In this document: piece after piece, positions 58,869 through 64,000 of the stretch | How positions within the stretch are numbered: position 1 is the stretch's first letter | How the letters are laid out: each line of letters starts with the position of its first letter | Source of the DNA: an uncultured Trueperaceae bacterium | GTDB taxonomy: Bacteria; Deinococcota; Deinococci; Deinococcales; Trueperaceae | Direction: 5' to 3' | DNA: 64,000 nt | NCBI GenBank assembly: GCA_963815215.1 | Contig: CAWFFU010000010.1 | Span: 160,001-224,000 of the forward strand | The notes under the pieces: generated by a model | What the model saw: only the letters and a program-made list of their open reading frames with translations | Database searches by the model: none | Told to the model about the DNA's origin: nothing | Position numbers and translations under genes: made by a program

Positions 58869-60437
58869 GTGAGTGACGCCTCGCAGTCCTGGAACGCAGC
58901 TTCGAATCCGACCGGCGACGCCCTGTCTTCTGCGCCTCCCGGCGTGCCGCTGCGCCCGTTGCAACGGATCGGCGGGCGGAGCGTGCCCGCGGCAGGGGGC
59001 GGCCTGCGCGAGATCCTGGAGCCGTCCCTGGGAGGGGTGCTGGCGGTGGTCCCGGAGGGCACCTCCGAGGACGTCGACGCCGCCGTTGCCGCCGCCCGTA
59101 GCGCCTTCGACGACGGCCCCTGGCCGCGTCTGCGCGTTCAGGAGCGTGCCCGCGTGCTTCACCGCGCTGCCGACCTGATCGAGGCGCATGCCGAGGAGCT
59201 GGCGCGCCTGGAGACCTGGGACACCGGCAAGACGCTCCCCGAGAGTCGTGACGACATGGCTCAGGTGGCCGAGGCGTTCCGCTACTTCGGTTCGCTGGTC
59301 GCCACCCGCGGTGACGAGGTGAACCCAGTGCCGGCGGAGGCGCTCAGCCTGACGCTGCACGAGCCGATCGGGGTGGCGGCGCTGGTCACCCCCTGGAACT
59401 ACCCGCTGCTGCAGGCGTCGTGGAAGCTCGCGCCGGCGCTGGCTGCCGGATGCACCCTGGTGATCAAGCCCAGCGAGCTGACGCCGCTCAGCACCGTGCG
59501 CGCGGTCGAGCTGCTGCACGAGGCGGGTGTTCCGGGGGACGCCGCCAACGTAGTCCTGGGCTCCGGTCCGGGCGTTGGCGCACCGCTGGTGGCGCACCCG
59601 GACGTCGACATGGTGTCGTTCACCGGCGGCATCGTGACCGGTCGCGCCATCGCCGCGGCGGCGGCGGACACGGCCAAGCGGGTGGCGCTGGAGCTGGGGG
59701 GCAAGAATCCCAACATCGTTTTCGACGACGCCGACATCGACGCCGCGCTCGACCACGCCCTCAACGCGGTCTTCTACCACGCCGGCCAGGTGTGCTCGGC
59801 AGGCTCGCGCCTGCTGGTCCAGGAAGGTCTCCACGACCGCTTCGTGGACGCCATCCTGGAGCGCGCGGCCGCCATCCGTCTGGGGTATGGCTGGGAGCCC
59901 GGGACCGAGATGGGCCCGCTGGTATCCGAAGCGCACCGCGCCAAGGTGGAGGGCCTCGTGGCGTTGGCGCTGGACGAGGGCGCCACCCTGCGCTTGGGCG
60001 GCCAGCGACCGGGAGATGAACGCTTCGGGCAGGGCAGCTTCCTGCTGCCCACCGTCCTGACCGACGTCCAACGGGGCATGCGTATCGCCCACGAGGAGAT
60101 CTTCGGGCCGGTGCTCACCATCGAGCGCTTCCGCGACGAGGACGACGCGATCGCCGCAGCCAACGGCACCCGGAGCGGGCTGGCGGCCGCGGTGTGGACG
60201 CGCGACGTGGTGCGGGGGTTGCGCGTCGGCCGTGCACTGCGCTTCGGCACGGTGTGGCTCAATGACTTCCATCCGTACTACCCGCAGGCTCCGTGGGGCG
60301 GCATGAAGGAGTCCGGTGTCGGCCGCGAGCTCGGGCTCAGTGGGTTGCGCGAGTACCAGGAGGAGAAGCACCTATACCTGAACCTCGACGTCCATCCGGT
60401 GGGATGGTTCGGCCGTCACGGAGTGAAGCGGGGCTGA
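58869..60437 (+). CDS. NAD-dependent aldehyde dehydrogenase (betaine-aldehyde-DH-like)
   Basis: PWNYP, KPSELTP, SFTGG, LELGGKNP, GQVCSAG, EEIFGP. Confidence 0.93.
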   Translation: MSDASQSWNAASNPTGDALSSAPPGVPLRPLQRIGGRSVPAAGGGLREILEPSLGGVLAVVPEGTSEDVDAAVAAARSAFDDGPWPRLRVQERARVLHRAADLIEAHAEELARLETWDTGKTLPESRDDMAQVAEAFRYFGSLVATRGDEVNPVPAEALSLTLHEPIGVAALVTPWNYPLLQASWKLAPALAAGCTLVIKPSELTPLSTVRAVELLHEAGVPGDAANVVLGSGPGVGAPLVAHPDVDMVSFTGGIVTGRAIAAAAADTAKRVALELGGKNPNIVFDDADIDAALDHALNAVFYHAGQVCSAGSRLLVQEGLHDRFVDAILERAAAIRLGYGWEPGTEMGPLVSEAHRAKVEGLVALALDEGATLRLGGQRPGDERFGQGSFLLPTVLTDVQRGMRIAHEEIFGPVLTIERFRDEDDAIAAANGTRSGLAAAVWTRDVVRGLRVGRALRFGTVWLNDFHPYYPQAPWGGMKESGVGRELGLSGLREYQEEKHLYLNLDVHPVGWFGRHGVKRG

Positions 60438-60546
60438 TCGGGCGCTCCCTCCCGTCGCCTGAAGGGTTGCGGCCCGTGTACGCCTGGCACCACCATGGGG
60501 TTGCGGGCTAGCGGCGCCGATGCCCTGCCCGGAGCGGAGGCTCGCG

Positions 60547-61278
60547 GTGAGCGATCGCCCGAAGCGGAAGCGGCCCCGGCGGCCAGGGTGGACCCTGCTC
60601 GGCGGGTGCCTGCTCGGTCTGGTCGTGATGGTGTCGGGTTGCGGACCGCGGTTGCCGGGCGGCTCGACCGCGACGTCACGCACGTCGGTCGCCTCGAGGC
60701 CGACGTCGATCGGCAGCAACTCGCCGGTGGGGTCCGGCGCGTCGGATGGCGTGGTGGCCGTGGCGGGCGCGCCGCCGCCGTGGCCCTGCAGCGGCTGGGC
60801 GAATGCCGGCGTCACCGCGTACGACCGGGCATCGACGGCGGCTCGGGTGTTCGGAACGTTGCAACCGGGCGAGCCTGTGGCGGTGGTGGCCCGTGACGTG
60901 AAGGGTTGGCTGGCCTTCTCGCCGGGCACCGCGCAGGCAGCCAACGTCGGCCCGTTCCGCCTGCGCTGGCTGCCCCCGGGCGCCCCCGTCCGGCTCCAAG
61001 GATCGTGCACGGATCTGCCCGTCCGGGTCTCACCGCCGCCTGGCGTGTGCTTCGAGATGGCGATGGGCGCGACGCCGATCCTCACGGCTCCCGATGCGAG
61101 CGCGTCGACGCTGGTCGTCCTCGCGGCCGACGGCTACGTGGCGGTGACCGGGAGCGGTCCGTCCGGCTGGCTGCGCGTCGATGCCGGTAGCGGCAGCGTG
61201 CCGGCCTCGGGCACGGGCTGGATCGCACCCGAGGCGGTGAACGTCAACGGACCGTGTGACCCCTTCCTGATGCGGTGA
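60547..61278 (+). CDS. Putative lipoprotein with two SH3b-like repeats
   Basis: Basic N-terminus, hydrophobic stretch, VSGC lipobox, Ser/Pro linker, two GWL-containing repeats with Cys pairs. Confidence 0.6.
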   Translation: MSDRPKRKRPRRPGWTLLGGCLLGLVVMVSGCGPRLPGGSTATSRTSVASRPTSIGSNSPVGSGASDGVVAVAGAPPPWPCSGWANAGVTAYDRASTAARVFGTLQPGEPVAVVARDVKGWLAFSPGTAQAANVGPFRLRWLPPGAPVRLQGSCTDLPVRVSPPPGVCFEMAMGATPILTAPDASASTLVVLAADGYVAVTGSGPSGWLRVDAGSGSVPASGTGWIAPEAVNVNGPCDPFLMR

Positions 61279-61306
61279 GGGGCTCCGTGAGCTGCGCGGC
61301 CGCGGC

Positions 61307-63835
61307 TCAGGCGCGGCCCGGCGCCCGCACCACGTCGTTGGCGCAGGTCAGGACGGGCGCGCACGTCAGCCGCTCGGCGTCGAGGTCCGCGGGGCAGCGA
61401 ACGGTGAACGTGTGGCTCTCGCCGGGTAGCAAGGTCACCAGCGCGTCGTCGACGGTGGCGTCGGGGTGCAGCCGATCCGGGAGCACGGTGAGATCGCGCA
61501 CGAGCGAGTCGGCGTCGACGCGCAGCCGCAGGCCGCCTGTGAATCGCTCGACCTCCGTGTGCAGGCGGGCGGCCGGGTAGCGCAGATCCTTGTCGCGTGC
61601 GAAGAAGTGCAACGCCCGCAGCCCGCCGGCTTCGGCCACGAGCAGCTCCGCGGCCGCGTCGCCGGGCGTGGCGAGCGCGTCCGGGAGCAGCGCCGCGACC
61701 GCGGGGCCGCGCGCTGTGGTCCGCAGCGCAAGCCTCGCCGACGCCAGCTCGCCACCGTCGAAGCGTAGCCGCCGGACCCGCACCTCTCCCTCCCATGGCA
61801 TGTCGCTGTCGTTATGGAGGGACAGCATGAGTCCCTCGGGCCCCGGTTCGAACGTCAGCAGACGTGGTGCGAAGACACGCCGCAGCGCGAACCACGAAGG
61901 CTTGAGGCGCCCGTCGACGTCGACCGCGGCCCAGCTCGTCGACGGCCAGCAGTCGTTGAGTTGCCACACCAGCGCCCCCATGCAGTGGGGGGCCAACGTA
62001 CGGAAGTGGCGGATGCCGAGGTCGAGCGCCCGTGCCTGGTTGAGCTGCGTAGCGAAGTGCCAGGCGTCGAAGTCGCGCGGGATCGGGAAGTGCTCGGCCA
62101 GGCGGGCCTCGAGCTTGTCGTTGCCGCCGATGGCCTTCTGGTGATGGAGCATGGCGGGGCCGGCGGGCGTCAGCGGCCGGTCGGAGATCGCCCGCCGCAA
62201 GGTGGCGTAGGTCGGCGGCGCCTGGTGCCCGAACTCGGCCACGAAGCGCGGCCGGTACGACCGGTAGACGGTGTAGTCCTTCTCGTTCCAGGCATCCCAG
62301 ATGTGCTTGCAGCCGGCGCCGTCGGCGTTCGGATGGAGGTCCTCGCGCCCCGACCATGGGCTGCCGGGCCAGTAGGGGCGGGTGGGGTCGAGCTCCGCCA
62401 CGAGGCGAGGCAGGGTGTCGAGGTAGAAGCCGCGGCCCCAGCTGAGATCGCCCAGCGCCGCCTGCCAGTTCCAGTCCTCGTGCCCCCACAGGTTCTCGTT
62501 GTTGCCGTTCCATAGCACCAGGCTGGGGTGGGCCGCGAGACGCACGATGTTGGCGCGGGCCTCGTCCGCCACCTCGGAGGCGAATGGCTCCTCCTCCGGG
62601 TAGGCCGCACAGGCGAAGGCGAAGTCCTGCCACACCATCAGGCCGAGCTCGTCGCACACGTCATAGAAGGTGTCGCTCTCGTAGAGGCCGCCCCCCCAGA
62701 CGCGCAGCAGGTTCATGTTGGCGTCGACGGCCTGTTGCAGGCGAGTGCGCAGGCGCTTCTCGGTGAGCCGCGACGGGAAGGGATCGTCGGGGATCCAGTC
62801 GGCACCCTTGGCGAAGACCTCCCGCTCGTTGACGACCAGCGTGAACGCCGCGCCCGCCTCGTCGGGGTGGGTGTCGAGCGTGACGCTCCGGAAGCCGATG
62901 CGCAGCCGGCGCTCCTCGAGGACCGGGCCGTCCTGCCCCTGCAGCGTCACCCGGAGGTCGTACAGCGGGTGATCCCCGTAGCCGCGGGGCCACCAGCGGC
63001 GCACCGAGCGGGCGTCGAGGCGCAGTGTGGCGTCGGTGTCGTCCGGGCCGAGGGCCAGCGTGGCCCTGGCGTCACCTCCCTCGCCCTCCGGACGCGCGAG
63101 TCGCAGGGTCAGCAGCAGCGGTTGCGGCCGCCCGGTGCGCGCCAGCTCGACCCGCAACTCGACGCTTCCGTCGACGGGCGCCGCGGGATCGACCGGCGGC
63201 GCGTCGGCGGCATCGGTGACACGCGCGAGCGCGCGGAGCTCGCGGATGCGCGCGCCCGACCAGCCCTCGAGCCGGATCGGCTTCCAGATCCCGGCCGTGA
63301 CCAGCGTCGGACCCCAATCCCAGCCGAAGTTGCACGCCATCTTGCGGATGAAGTTGAACGGCAACGGGTAGGCGCGGGGCCGCTCGCCCAGCCGCTCGGC
63401 CTGCGATCGCGCGTAGGCGAGCGCCGAGGTGAAGGTCACGCTCACCTCGTTGTCGCCCGGTCGCAGCGCGGCCGCGACGTCGAAACGGTGGGGCCGGTGC
63501 ATGTTCTGGGCACGCCCCACCGACCGGCCGTTGACCTCCACCGTCGCCACCGTGTCGAGCCCTTCGCAGTGCAGCTCCACGCGCTCGTGCGCCAGGAGCT
63601 CGGGCGGCGCGGTGAAGCGGCAGCGGTAGCGCCAGTCGCCTTCGCCGATCCACTGCACGAGGTCCTCGTTGCGTTCGACCAGGGGGTCCGGGATGACGCC
63701 TTGCGCCAGCAGATCGGTATGCACGCAGCCGGGCACGCTGGCGGGTAGCACGCGTCCCGCCAGCTCCGTGGGGGTGCCGTCACCGGCGCGCACCAGCTCC
63801 AGCGTCCAGCCGGAGGAGAGGGTCAGGGTCGTCAC
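61307..63835 (-). CDS. GH2 beta-mannosidase
   Basis: VPGCVHTDL, EGLDT, FGWDWGP, RVWGGG, WNGNNE acid/base, AEFG nucleophile, WQLNDCWP. Confidence 0.93.
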   Translation of the reverse strand: MTTLTLSSGWTLELVRAGDGTPTELAGRVLPASVPGCVHTDLLAQGVIPDPLVERNEDLVQWIGEGDWRYRCRFTAPPELLAHERVELHCEGLDTVATVEVNGRSVGRAQNMHRPHRFDVAAALRPGDNEVSVTFTSALAYARSQAERLGERPRAYPLPFNFIRKMACNFGWDWGPTLVTAGIWKPIRLEGWSGARIRELRALARVTDAADAPPVDPAAPVDGSVELRVELARTGRPQPLLLTLRLARPEGEGGDARATLALGPDDTDATLRLDARSVRRWWPRGYGDHPLYDLRVTLQGQDGPVLEERRLRIGFRSVTLDTHPDEAGAAFTLVVNEREVFAKGADWIPDDPFPSRLTEKRLRTRLQQAVDANMNLLRVWGGGLYESDTFYDVCDELGLMVWQDFAFACAAYPEEEPFASEVADEARANIVRLAAHPSLVLWNGNNENLWGHEDWNWQAALGDLSWGRGFYLDTLPRLVAELDPTRPYWPGSPWSGREDLHPNADGAGCKHIWDAWNEKDYTVYRSYRPRFVAEFGHQAPPTYATLRRAISDRPLTPAGPAMLHHQKAIGGNDKLEARLAEHFPIPRDFDAWHFATQLNQARALDLGIRHFRTLAPHCMGALVWQLNDCWPSTSWAAVDVDGRLKPSWFALRRVFAPRLLTFEPGPEGLMLSLHNDSDMPWEGEVRVRRLRFDGGELASARLALRTTARGPAVAALLPDALATPGDAAAELLVAEAGGLRALHFFARDKDLRYPAARLHTEVERFTGGLRLRVDADSLVRDLTVLPDRLHPDATVDDALVTLLPGESHTFTVRCPADLDAERLTCAPVLTCANDVVRAPGRA

Positions 63836-64000
63836 GTGGGGGCCCCCTTCACCGCCGCCATGCCGCCGACGGCGGTTGCCGCCAGCATCTACCACGCACG
63901 CCCCGGGGGTCAACGGACGTTTGCCCGGTGCAGGCGCGCCCAGCCGCGAGTCCCTGCGCGCATCGGGTGGCGCCGCCGCTCGGTCGTCCCTCGTAGCATG

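Overview
Very GC-rich (roughly 70% or more by eye, not computed), gene-dense bacterial chromosomal window with about 55 genes. No rRNA, tRNA, CRISPR array or transposase was recognised. Frequent leaderless TANNNT-N5-8-ATG starts and the style of the solute-binding proteins suggest Deinococcota, possibly Truepera-like (inference). Contents in order: a 4-subunit 2-oxoacid:ferredoxin oxidoreductase operon; a rhomboid-like plus MprF/DUF2156 pair; MscS; a damaged ABC-2 exporter; a sugar ABC system with fused permeases plus a phosphodiester glycosidase; a deoxyhypusine-synthase-like gene; a ~16 kb peptide-ABC/amidohydrolase/peptidase cluster of unknown substrate; thiolase; a sugar ABC-SIS-PfkB operon; a repair/resistance-flavoured block (AlkD, RPH-like kinase with double-HTH TetR, Ada, TipA); a GH84 O-GlcNAcase coupled to a GNAT; Ca2+/H+ antiporter; two SPW proteins; a polyol cluster cut by a chimeric junction; a Ser-less alpha/beta hydrolase; ALDH; a lipoprotein; and a GH2 beta-mannosidase. 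The most unusual sequence-level signal is at two unrelated operon junctions (4597-4642 and 18797-18842). Each has exactly four GTGA stop/start overlaps spaced 14 nt apart, forming a chain of three 5-codon mini-ORFs that could relay ribosomes from the upstream to the downstream gene. Several lesions (1-nt indels, microhomology junctions) may be assembly errors and need read-level checks. All family assignments are from motif recognition by eye, not database searches.
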